Part shown: piece by piece, positions 13,180 to 25,000 of the stretch
How the letters are laid out: each line of letters starts with the position of its first letter
Position numbering within the stretch: position 1 is the stretch's first letter
Source: Takakia lepidozioides
Taxonomy: Eukaryota; Plantae; Bryophyta
Assembly: GCA_030704615.1 (NCBI GenBank)
Contig: CM060733.1
Location: 75,516,001-75,580,000 of the forward strand
Direction of reading: 5' to 3'
Length of the DNA: 64,000 nt
Made by a program: the position numbers and the translations under genes
Notes under the pieces: model-generated
Told to the model about the DNA's origin: nothing
The model's database searches: none
What the model saw: the letters and a program-made list of their open reading frames with translations, nothing else

Positions 13180-14809
13180 GGATGTTCGTCCCTCCGTCGG
13201 CAGACTGTCTACTTCTGAGGACATGACATCTTCCGCCCATGCTGCAAATGTGGGATCGACAACCAAAAAAGATGTGGGGGTGAGCACACCCCCTGATGCG
13301 CGGGTCAGTTCTACTCATGCGACCCACGAAGCTGCAAAGACAGGTCCAGCAAGTGTAAACAAACTTGCTGACCAGCCTCTATTGCGAAGTAGGGCAGCAG
13401 CGCTGCGTTTGTCTACTCTATCCAGCCCGCCTACAGCTGTCCCTGCTTCCCAGGGGAGAGGCAAAGCCAAGAGTCGTGGACCATGCTGAGGAGGTCGAGG
13501 AGGGTCAAAGTACCAAGAGACCGGCAAGGAAAAAGTCTAGCGTCTTTATGAATAAGAACCGCAAGCTGGTCTTGGACATGGACAAAGATGTAGGTCATTT
13601 CCTGGAGTAGCACAAGTGAGTACTGTGCTCAATCTCCTCGTCTGTCTTTGTCGTTAAGTGCTTTGAGCTCTGTTGTGGTCAGTTTGCACGCTGGTCAGTC
13701 TGCTGCTGATTTCTCATTGTCTGTTGTGGTTAGTCTTGTCAATCTGATGAATTGTTCAACCTGTAGAGTGTTTGATACCATGCTGACGTCAGTCTGTTCA
13801 GTACATGAGGCTTCCCGAAGGATGGTCTGCTCTGTGCAGGATGGGTGCTCAGTTTGGCAAAGCACATGCTCTGCACGTGAAGGCGGGTAATTCCATGCTG
13901 ATGTTTTTTGAAGGGGACCCACGGTTTGAATGCGGACTGTCGCCGGATGACATAAAGGCGGTCCAGAAGGTTGAGTCGGAGTGCACAGATAGACTTTTGG
14001 AGCTATGGTGTCGATTCTATGAGAAGTTGGTTGAGGTTGCGTTCACCAACAGTATTGCTGTTCTTCCAACGCCGACGTGGACGGTGTTGAAGTCATTGGG
14101 GGTGGGGCAACATGAAAGCCTTCTGGAGGTCTTGAAAGGTTGCCTCAGCACTGAACGACTGGGCAAGGACTTGAAAGAGTGCGATTTCATTTTGGTGCCA
14201 ATTGGGGACGAGTAAGAACTCTTCTGAGTCTGCTGAGACTGTCTCCTGAGTCATAGTCTGGTTTCGCAGTGTTGTCTTGACTCTGAGCGATTAAGTTGAC
14301 CTCTGTATTTGTGCAGTGGACTGGGTTTGAAGATTGAGTCTGCTGAGTGCTGAGTCTGCTGAGTGGTCGGCCTGCTGAGTGTCAGTCTGCTGAGTCTGCC
14401 CATCACGATTGTGCAATGACGCCATGTTGTTTGATACCATTGCAGGGGGCACTGGAGTGTTTGTATCATTGACCTCCGCAAGAGCTGTTACACTCACCTG
14501 AACTCTATCAGGGACTTGCATAAATGTCCCTTTGTTCTAGGGTGGATTTGGAAGCTTCATGCTGAGTGCTTAGGGTACTCGATGGACTCACCAGAGCGGC
14601 ATGAGATTGTCCAAGCATTTCAATTCCACGCGCCTGATGTGCCCCAGCAACCATTCAGCTGGGAGTGTGGCTTTTACATCATGTCATTCATTCAAGTGTT
14701 TTATGAGTGGGTAAAAGTCAGAGCAAATGTCTCCAAGACTGCAAAGCCAGAGAGAGGAACACCTTTCACGAAGGATTGGTTTACTTTCAAGTTTGCACTT
14801 GGGCAGTGA
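13180..14809 (+). pseudogene. TE-borne Ulp1/C48 SUMO-protease gene (spliced, degenerate)
   Basis: CDFILVPIGDE, then an intron (GTAAG at ~14212), then GHWSVCIIDL...QQPFSWECGFYIMSF, matching the C48 His and QQxxxxxCG catalytic motifs. Confidence 0.75.
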
Positions 14810-15394
14810 ATGCAGTGTGCCCAGTATATCGTGCGGGGGTTGGACAATGTAGAGAATCTGCTCTCATGAGTATGATGTACTTGTCCTGTGAAGTCTATGT
14901 ACCGAAATAAAAAATGCGAGTCTTTTCGCTTACTATTCCAGTGGTGATGAGCACTTTTGTGAACTGTGGGTGCTGGCATGTTTTGTAATGTTGTCACTAA
15001 ACTCAATGGACACAATGGTGTCAATTTTTCCATGCACTGTGCACCCGAGTCTGCTGAGCTTGAATATGCGAGCAGTACGCTGCAGAGGCTAGGACTGCTG
15101 GGTCTGGTACCTAGTCTGGGAGGCACCATGTCCATGAGTCCGCTGGGACGCTGGATTGGCATAAGTTGCAGGGATGAACTTTTGGAGTGGGCAGCAGACT
15201 GACCAGCAGACTGGCTTACTGGCGCTCGCAGTCTGTTGACTGTGACTCTGTTGGGAGACTGTGCGTGAGTCCGTTGGGAGACTATGCTTGGGAGACTATG
15301 TGCGAGTCAGTTGGGAGACTGGAGGAGTCCGTTGGGAGACTGTGCATTAATCCATTGCGGACTTGTATTTCAGAAAGGGACAATGCTACCAGAA

Positions 15395-15590
15395 GAATTG
15401 CAGACTTATATTGTCTTCTTCGTGACACCTACACGACATGAAACCTTGTCTCTTTTCGAGGAATTGCAGACTTATATTGTCTTCTCCGTGACACCTACAT
15501 GACGTGAAACCTTGTCTCTTTTCGAGGCATTGCAGACTTATATTGTCTTCTTCGTGACATCTACACGACCTGAAACCTTGCGAAGTTTCG
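15395..15590. repeat. 66-bp tandem repeat x3
   Basis: (G/A)ATTGCAGACTTATATTGTCTTC units starting at 15395, 15461 and 15527. Confidence 0.85.
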
Positions 15591-16074
15591 AGTATATATG
15601 TGCTGCAGGTGCAGGTGCAGACACGCTCTTGCTGGTTCTCCGCAAAACCCTAGGCCGGGTTTTCCAGGCCTCCACGAAATCTCGTCTCCTTTTCAGAGAC
15701 ATGTTGTTGTTGTCGTTCAGAGGACGGAAAGCCTTCGCTGCCGCAGGGTGCAACATTCCAGCCGCACTTTTCGCCAGGATATCAACGAGCTGCCCTCTGC
15801 ACATATGAAGAGTAGATCGGGCATGTGCCTCCAGGTATTTGTCATCACCTACAATGCGAAGTATGTCCGCGAATCCTCCAGAGGTGCCTCGTTGTAGGGG
15901 AAGTCGTCCGGAGGATGACTTTGGCAAGAACCGTACCCACAGACCTGTTTAAGTAATGTTTTGCCTACTAGTATCTATTTTGGTCATACATAGATACCAA
16001 TATGTCATTTCCTTGTGTGTCCATGTGCCAAGGGTTTTTTATTCCTCCTCACCCCAAACTTTGCATACCTCAGT

Positions 16075-17215
16075 TGCTTCGGGGGGAGGAAATGCGGCGC
16101 CGCATTCAAGTCTTGTGGCCGCATTTTGTGGAGAACAGTGCAAATCTGAAACATTCTTGCACGTGTGAAACGGAATTCGGCGCCACATTTCCCAGTGTCG
16201 TCGCAGAGATTTCCCGCAGAATGCAGGAAGACACAAAATTCTTCAACCAGCAAATATCGGATTGTTGCATGGGAATCATATAATTGTGAGAAATGGGTCA
16301 GCTTCATTCGAATGTTAGGGCATATAAAACCGCGGAATACTTTATTTCCGCCAATATACGGCGTCCTTTTGCTGTGCCATACTCGAGTTTTCGTCGCACT
16401 GTCATTTTTTCCATGAGCACAATTACCTAAGAGCATCTACATGGTGCCACGGCACTTGCCCCAAAACGGCAATCTACAAGCGCGGGGTCCAAAAAACTAG
16501 CGCAGCTTGCTCCACGGTTGGCTCAGCCGGTAGAATTGCTGCTGGCCTCGCCTGAAATCTGCCTCCCGCCCGGCACTTTTGCCAATCATACCGGGACCCG
16601 CCAACGACAGTACATTAGATTTGTGAGTTATTTCTGAGTTAATGAGATATGATGTCCTCGGTCAACGTGCCAAGATCGTGATCGAGCGGCGGGCGTGCCT
16701 CACTGCTATTTCTGCAAGGTCTTGTACCGTCCCAACCGTGGAGTGTCAGGAAATCTGCCTCCCGCCCGGCACTTTTGCCAATCATACCGAGACCCGCCAA
16801 CTACAGTACATTAGATTTGTGAGTTATTTATGAGTTAATGAGATATGATGTCCTCGGTCAACGTGCCAAGATCGTGATGGAGCGGCGGGCGTGCCTCACT
16901 GCTATTTCTGCAGGGTCTTGTACCGTCCCAACCGTGGAGTGTCAGCCAACCAGCCCTTGTAAAAAATACCGTTGCCCATGTAACCACGGTATATAACGTT
17001 TGACTGGCCGTGTTCACTGTGGAGATGCTCTAAGCATGAGCGCAATGGTTACTCACTACGTATCTTCGGCGCATTACAGAATCTGGAAATTGTAAAATCA
17101 ATATTTTAATATTTTTTTAATCTGCCACATTTCCAAATTTGGACAAGCCCGCTCATGCTTGTCTTAGACTTCGGCTCACCGCTCATGGTTTCTGGCTCAT
17201 GAAATAGTAAACCTC
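16075..17215. mobile_element. long terminal sequence (TIR) of the Mutator-like element family, copy A
   Basis: After removing the MITE it is colinear with 55110-55716. Both end GCTCATGAAATAGTAAACCTC (5'-GAGGTTTACTATTTC) and contain the GAAATGCGGCGCCGCATT palindrome. Confidence 0.8.
16431..17030. mobile_element. Tourist/PIF-Harbinger MITE, 600 bp, with an internal ~196-bp tandem duplication
   Basis: TIRs GAGCATCTACA / TGGAGATGCTC; TAA TSD on both sides; duplication ~16554-16945. Confidence 0.9.
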
Positions 17216-18100
17216 AGTTTGAACTTCGTCCTTGATGGCCACCACAATGAAAGAATCGTCCAGCGTGGGAAGTTTAATGTAGCCTCCAATTGAAGCTTCC
17301 AATTGAAAGCTACGTTGGGCATGAGGACCACAAGTTTTGGGCATACCACTGTCACACCACTGTCTTTGCTATAGTCCAAGTGGAACGATTCACTGTCGAC
17401 GCTGAGGATGGTGTCTTCCACAGGTTCATAGACGTTAATGGAACCAATATACTTGCCAATTTAGCTATCTCCAATTTCTGGGAGAGAGGTCAGATACAAG
17501 GCCAGGAGGAAGGGATGGCGATAACCCTGGGCTTCCAGGTGGTACCTTCATTGTGGCCCCAATCTTGAGCCCATGGAAAGAGGAAGACCTTAGAGCTAGA
17601 TTTTCGAGTGTCATCTCTGCTTCCTTAACTGAGCAGAATAACACCGCATAAAATCCTCTCCCCATGGTCAAAGAAATGTTGTACAAGGCCCCCCTCTGCG
17701 CCTAGATGTTCAACCACCCATCGACGCACCCACAGCCGAGGCCTAAGTTTTCCAGGGAAATAGATCAAAATGCCTTGCTTTCTAGCCTGGGAGATCATCG
17801 TCTTTTTACTCAGAGCGAGCACAGGTTAAGAGCTGTCGGTGGGAACCACCCCCGAGTCTTCCCATGCATACTCTCAGATGAAAGCGGGGAAGTTCGGGGG
17901 GGGACACAGTATCCGGACCCTTCCCCAGAATGGAACTCCCAGCTCCATCATTGGGAATCGGCAACTTACGACTCCATCCCCTACCCCTGCCTCTGCTGCC
18001 AAAGGAATGTCCCCGCTTCTTTGACAGGTCTCCTCTGGAAGCCATTGCTGAAACTTAGAGCTACAAAGAAGCTGGGGGCCAACACAAGGATATGGTTGAG
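17216..18100 (-). mobile_element. L1-type LINE ORF1 fragment (DUF4283-like), degenerate
   Basis: RRWVVEHLG..ISLTMGRGFYAVLFCSVKEAEMTL; cut off by the element terminus at 17215. Confidence 0.55.
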
Positions 18101-20184
18101 TAGTCCACTTCCAAGCGCCTGAGACCGGAGAGAACTAGCCAGATACAGGGTGGAATTAGAGGAGGGATGCGGCGGGAGGTGCAGCTGAGAGAAACTGTGA
18201 GGAATTCAGTCTTTGAAAACAGTCTATGCGGAATTCATCCGCAAGCAGTGGAAATGAGAGAGAACACTCTGCATGAGGGTGGAGACCTGAAGTTGTAGTG
18301 CAAGAAGCAAGAAGGGTAGGAGAGAGACCATCACCTCCACTTCGAATTAATGTTGAGTTGGCCTGAGACTGGCAAGAGTCGCCTGCATGCCATTAGTGAC
18401 AGCAGCTTGAGACGGCTCTGGGTGCCGGCGAGGCCCTCGTGCCGGAGTCGAGAATCTTTGGGGGCAGCTAGCCGCAATTCATAAGTGAACTGTGTGGGGG
18501 GGGGTCTCGACTGACAAAGGGTGGCGCAGCCAAGCGCATGCATGAATGAAGGGCATTAAAACTGCCTAATCAGGATATTAGTGGGGATTAGGGATGCCGC
18601 CTTAACGCTGGAAGGGCTGGGGGGCCCTAAATTCCAGTTGATTAGGGTGTGAGAAGATCAAGCAGTTAGAGAGAGGACGAAGGAAGGTTTTTGTCGAAAG
18701 ATGACAGATGAAGTGATGAAAAGCATTACAGGGCTCCCATCCATTTCTAGATGGTGCGAGAGATTAGAGACGTCCAGGAAACGGGAGATGAAGGGCACCT
18801 CCGGGGGCCAGGGGGAGGAGCAGGAAAAAACTAAGTCCCAGCATCACACACATCTAAACGCGGACCCCCACCATGACTCCATTCTGTTTAGTTGTATCAA
18901 CCGTCTTTGAGTCGCCAAACGGCCCCTCCTTTGTCCATAATTAATTTAAAAACTTGTAACGCTGTGCACTTATATCCTCTTCCAGGATCAAACTGGTTCT
19001 AATACCGATACCTAGTCTCCTCCTCCAAGGAGAAGCCCATAGACGTACCTGATCAATGCGTACAGCTGCTATTGAGCTGAAAAAATTGTCATGCTGTGAT
19101 GTGCAAAAAACATATGTTCTGCTAAGCAATTTGATTGCATACATTCAGAGCAAATTGTTATCTGGCACGGATGGTTTTTCTATCATACAATAGTACATTA
19201 CCTTTCTGTTACAACTTTTTTCAAACAAGGCTGTTGTTATGAAAAAAGCCCCCGGGCCAACCATTTGAGGTTTTATAAAATTTACCACGTGTTTTGCAGT
19301 CTACAGTTTCTAGAGACTGCTTTGTCCGGATTCCAGAGGATGTCTTCGAGGCTCGGAAGAAAGAACATTCTTGTTTGCAACTTTACTTGTGTAGTAGGGC
19401 TCAATGGACAATTGGAATGAAGTGCCGCTTGCAATGGTGAAGCTATGAGGGTCTTCACCCTCAAAACGAGGGGCATCTACCGACTGAACCTTATATGATA
19501 TCCTCACAAGCATAGTGTAGTTGCTGTCTAAACACCGGTAGCTGGTAGAATCCCTAGCATTGCCATCATCATTGTAGAAAACAAAGGGGCTTGGCAAACT
19601 GCCGTAGCTACCCATTAACATACTAGTGACAATTTGTTATGCAACCATTGGCATCCTTGCGTTGAACTCTCCCAAATGGCAACCTCAGCTCTACCTCTAA
19701 GAGCATTGTTGTCCCCTCATTAGCCACTGCTGTTTCCTTGTTATTGGCTTGGACATAACTCCGGATGCAAGTTGTAACAGTGGCCCATGTCATGACCACA
19801 TTTGCCTCGGTAACCAACTGCAATTGCGTAGGTTGAGCTTTTACCCATCCCTTGCCCCGGGCAATCAATCTTGAGATGGTCATCTCCACAAGTCCAATAA
19901 ATCAACCCCAGACTGTTGCTGGCTTGAAAAGGACACCCGGGGTGCCGTTTGACTACAGTAGAGCATAAGACCCTTCTATCACCAGGTACTTTTTCCCTGC
20001 GTAGGTTTCTTTTTTTCCTGGTAAAGGAGGGGACAGAGGCCCTTCAAGCGAAGTTACTGAAAGGTGATGAAAAGAGGAAAAAATAACCTCCAGAAACCAT
20101 GAAGGCTTTTACAAGCGACGGAGCAACTACCCACATATCCGCAAAAACCAGAAATCCAGATGGGAACACGATACTACATAGGGC

Positions 20185-21172
20185 AGTTGTCATGTGTAAC
20201 ACGGTGAGGAAATTCCTCTTGTGAAAATCAAGTGGTGTTAGTGCTAAGAGAGGGTTCGATTTGTGGAGACAACAGCTTTGGGATTTTAGTTGATTATTAC
20301 AGATTTGCAATGGGAGGGGATTGAATCATATGAAATACAAGTGGATGCACCAGGGGTTCACCAAAGTCCTAGCACATGCTCTGCACCATGCAAGCAGGGT
20401 TACAATGGTGAAAGTGAGATGGAAGTGTTGAAATCTAATCCTTCCATCAGTAATCAACCATCTGTTAATGATAAGGCTTCCTATCTCACTCACTCTCTCT
20501 TGGACTCAACCCTACCATCGAACCCAAGTCATTGTCCTATCTACCTCCTCTCTTTAATCTACCAACAGCTATGCACCATTTTACGATGAAGAATGCAAAT
20601 TTGTACTCCTTGATACGGCCCATTCTATTCCAGACTCTAAAAACAAAGCTCTCAAGTATTACAAGTCCCTCATTAGATCCAAAAAAAGAACCTACACTAC
20701 TAAGTTACAATCTACTTTCATTGCAAAAGATCAAGTTTTCTCCTTGTTCCGTACAGCTATGAATTAAGAGATAGCCACAGCTTCTGGAGATAGCTTCATG
20801 CGACTTAAGTGGAAATGAAGCAGCTTGACCAGGAGGGCAGGTTGTTGGAAAAGCGGCAATTGAGTGAAAAAAGACAAAAACGAAAATGGAGAGTTAGGGC
20901 CACATCCCAGGGTTCTGATGAGGAAGGGGCTCATTCGGCAAATGACTCTCCAGATGCAAGTGATGTTAGTGTTAGTGACGGTGATGAAGAGTCTGACAGG
21001 AAATGGAATAATAGGTAAGGGTAGGGATTGAGACAGCAGAAATGAGAGTGTTGAGGCTGTAGGGAGGAGTGCCAGTGACAGTGACAGGAGACAGTAACTC
21101 GGATTCAGAGATGCACTACAGAGGCAGGGACGTGGTAGGGTGGACAAGTTGTTACTGGCTGAGCAAGAAGCT
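20185..21172 (+). pseudogene. inverted genomic duplicate of the DDX10 last intron and last exon
   Basis: Reverse-complement homology to ~640-1360 (RLLEKRQLSEKRQKRKW...DRKWNNR*); ~310-bp interruption at ~20437-20748; premature stops. Confidence 0.9.
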
Positions 21173-22004
21173 CAGTCAAACCGAAGGCTTCTATAATGTC
21201 TCCTAGAGAAGAAAATGGCTGGATAAAGACAAGCAATTCTACTGCACTTTTTGAAGGAACAGGCATTTTTCCATATTCAAAACATTGATGTGAGTAATGT
21301 GCCAGAAACCATGACCCGCAGCCATGCAATTCTAGTGATTACCAGATTTGCTAGCAACAGCTAGAAAGGGTCTGAGAGGTAAAAAGAGATTGGAGTAATC
21401 TAGCTCTTGGGAAATATGAGAAGTGAGCTCAGCTACTTTCAACAGAGATTTCCCCTTTCTGGAGACATTTCCAGGGACACTTACACTCTTTACTGCCTTT
21501 GGCAAACCACTTTGGTGGTGTCCACAGGATACATTTCTTTCTCTCTCCCTTCCTCATTGAGAGACACGTGTAACTTCAGCACAACCCTCAACAAAAATTT
21601 GTAAGGAAATGTACACTGCATGTCTCAATACTTGCCCGCACATTATCCAAAATGCAAGGATGCCTAGCTGCTGGAGATGGCAGCCCTGCATAAACCAACA
21701 CACAAACTTAACCTCAGGAGACATTGCACAACATTGTTGGGAAGGATGACCAAAACACCCCAGCCCCAAGATGCTGCTGGCACTGGCACCTAAATCTCCT
21801 CTGCACGGTGGAGGGAATGGAAGAGAGCTGCACTAACACAAATTCCAGAGCGTGCCAGCCTGGGTTAGTTGTTGGCACATGATATTGGTCCTTTGTAGAA
21901 GAGCACCCTAAATGCAGGGGGACTGACAAAAGATCCCTACGTTAGTGGAGCCTGTCTCATCAAAGTGAGAAGTTTGGGCTACCAAAATTTCTCTAAATAG
22001 GGCT

Positions 22005-25000
22005 TCACCAGAAAATCAACTTCAAGGCCATGCTATCTCTGGAACTCAGATCCAACCTGTTGACCACTGCAGGCATTGTTTGCAGTATGGATCACACGGA
22101 GAAGATATGCAGTGACAATATTTTCCCCGTCGAGAGATCACCAAATGCAATGCAGAAATAGTGGATGCCATCACATCCTTATATCCATGAGCATGTTGCG
22201 TTAAGCCCCTGGAACATGTAACACATCCCAAAGTGTAGACTGGGACGGGTTTTACTCAATCAATTATCTCATTCAAACTGGCACAGCATATTCTCTTCAG
22301 GCTTGCATATGTTTGTGGCTGAGATAGAAAAAAGGACCAAAGAGATCCTACCAAACACGACGGCACCGTACAGCTTCCTTGCGAACCACTCGCTTGGGAT
22401 CATCTTGTGCAGCTGACATTGCTTGCAAAACCTGCCTAGTCCAGAATATGTTGTGATAAGAATCTACATTACAAACTCATGAATACCAACCATATCTAAG
22501 GATGATTGAATAGAACACTTGGAGGGGTTATAAACTTTTCACAGTCCTCATACAGAGTGTCTTTCACTTCTATAAATCAGACAGAACAATAATGTCAGCA
22601 TAAAAAGCAGCAGCTATAAATCAGCTTAGTTGCATCCTTATAACACAGGGTGTAACACTTCTATAGGCAAATTAGAACTGCGTTGCATAGAAATTTGAGA
22701 GACAAGAATTGCATAGGAAACTATTTAATGACACAATTCGAGTGAAACACCTATCAGGAAACTCCGTCCAGAAGGCAGTCCAGAAAGGCTGTTCCTCCAA
22801 TATGAAATTAACCTAACATGTGTTTTGATGTACGCAGTGTTCACTCGAAATCTTTTTAGAGATATATTCCAGTCAATCAAGGAGTGACAAAAGTAGTGAA
22901 GGAAAATACAAAGGAGGTTGACAGAGTACCCGTGTGCGCAAGGGGAAAACACGAGCATAAGGCAGGCCCACAATGGCTGCCAAACATTGCAGCGATGTCT
23001 GCCGTATCACCTACACCAAATGTCAGAATTAGGGGAGTTGAGATTTTTGTACCTACCCTTGCTTCCCCTGCATCTACATCTCTTTATTGTGCACCTTCAA
23101 TCGAGAACAGGACTTCATATGTTTCAGACCTCATATAAAAAATGGAGTCCACTGGAGATGTTGCGGTGTACAAAAGAGGATTCTGGGAGTGGAGCAAATT
23201 TGGCCTAGTTACATGCCTAGTTTTCAGGAATTGAATCAGCATCTATGTAAGTACCGACTAGCAACTCCATACAATTTAAAATGTAGCGACGGATGGGGGT
23301 CGCCGGGGGGGGGCCCTTATTGTTTGAGACAAAGGGCAGGGAGAGGGGGTGGGGGCACTAGGAAAGGAAAAGGGAAGGGCCAGGGATTAGAGGGGTGAGG
23401 GTAGATTGCGGGGATTAAATGGCCGGCCGCGACATTATGCCGGAAGCGGCCGTTGCGTGTCTCATAAACTGCAAATGTCGTCTTGGTTACAATGGCCCTA
23501 GCATTCACAATGCCCATAGATAGAAGCTCATTTGCAAGTTGGACAAAGGAATCACCTTGAATCAATGCATATCCTTTCACTAGGTTGATAACAGGCAAGG
23601 ACAAATTTTCCCACCCAAACACTTGAACAGCCTTGGCAATGGCTTTGGCAACATTGTTGTCTTTCACACCAATTTCGAGGATTCTTTCTTTTGCAAGAAT
23701 GTTGGAAGACATGGTTCTTGTTCTACAAGTGCTGACCAAGACTTACCCCTGGAAATCCTTCAATCGATTTGGTTACCATGGACATCGCACCAGTCCAAGT
23801 TAGAACTTAAACTAGTGCAACATAAAGAGTGCAATCTTAATGTGCTGTTAGTCACACAATCTCAGACCATCAACTTCACCATGTGTGGCAGTGAGAAGCT
23901 TCCACCAATTTCCCAACAGACTTCATCTGCTCCTGAAACCAGGTGTAGATCACATGTCATCCTTGAAAGTTGCTAAGATTCATGGACATACCATTCTGCC
24001 AATCTTTGTACCAAGTTTCTGCCACTATTCTACAAGCAACAGGAAAACTCAGCCATGATGTCAGCTAGCGCTCAGCTGTTCATGAATTAAATGGAGATCC
24101 AACCTTGGTGCTGAGTTAATAACCTTACCCACTCACCTACTCTAAAAAGCGTATGTGCAAGAATGCCTCGTAAGCAATGACATGTAGCAATGACACTCCT
24201 TTCTTACTCTTTCAGGGAATACGGCCTTACAGCCTGATGTTTATGACTGGTAAAGAAAATGCTGAGGCAACATGTACCAATGAGTAGCGATATTGGATCA
24301 GAACAAGCAGCCTGTTCACTAAGCTCGATACGTGCTCGCTCACAATTGACCTTCCTGCAGACCTCACAATTGGTAAGACCTCTTGTTCTTACTACTTGCT
24401 TGTGCTAGATAGTCATTCTCATCCTCAAAGCTTCGATGAATTAACATGCAATAAGAAACACAGAGAGGGCATTTTTGCTGTGCAGAAGAATTTGAGGAGA
24501 AGATTACCATGGTGAATATCTACTAGGAATGACGATAGAGCCAGTAAGGTGATGAGTAGGAGGTCAGAGTCACTGGGTTCATTGCAAAGGCTGGACAGCC
24601 CCTCCAAAAGCAATGGGAAAACCTGGCAATACAAACACCCCAGAGGTACATCAACGCCCTAGTTGTCATGCACATCCTGCAAGATACTCCAAGGTATTAC
24701 CCTACACAAAAGTTCTTAAAAGTGCAAGGAAATTCTGAAGCCATGGGGAGGAGGGAGGGGGGAGGAAGTGCAAAAGACAGACAGGTACATGAACATAAAT
24801 CCACCTAAATATATTAATGTCAAAGAGAACAGGTACCTGGCTATTCCACTGCCATGGTTTCCAATAAATGCCACGACTCTTGCTTGCAAAATGAAAGACA
24901 AAGTATATGAAGTGTCTACATGAAAATAAAAATACTGACCCTTTCACCAGCAGTGAGAAGCGCACCATGAGGTGTGCCAGAGACCAGATGAGCAAATCCT

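Noticed and set aside
7158-17215. One complete element bounded by GAGGTT ends
   Set aside because: Only ~6 bp plus CATGAGC are shared and there is no TSD; left as speculation.
18290-20050. Short ORF fragments possibly from a gene or retroelement (similarly 58620-59460)
   Set aside because: No motif I can recognise; cannot support a call.
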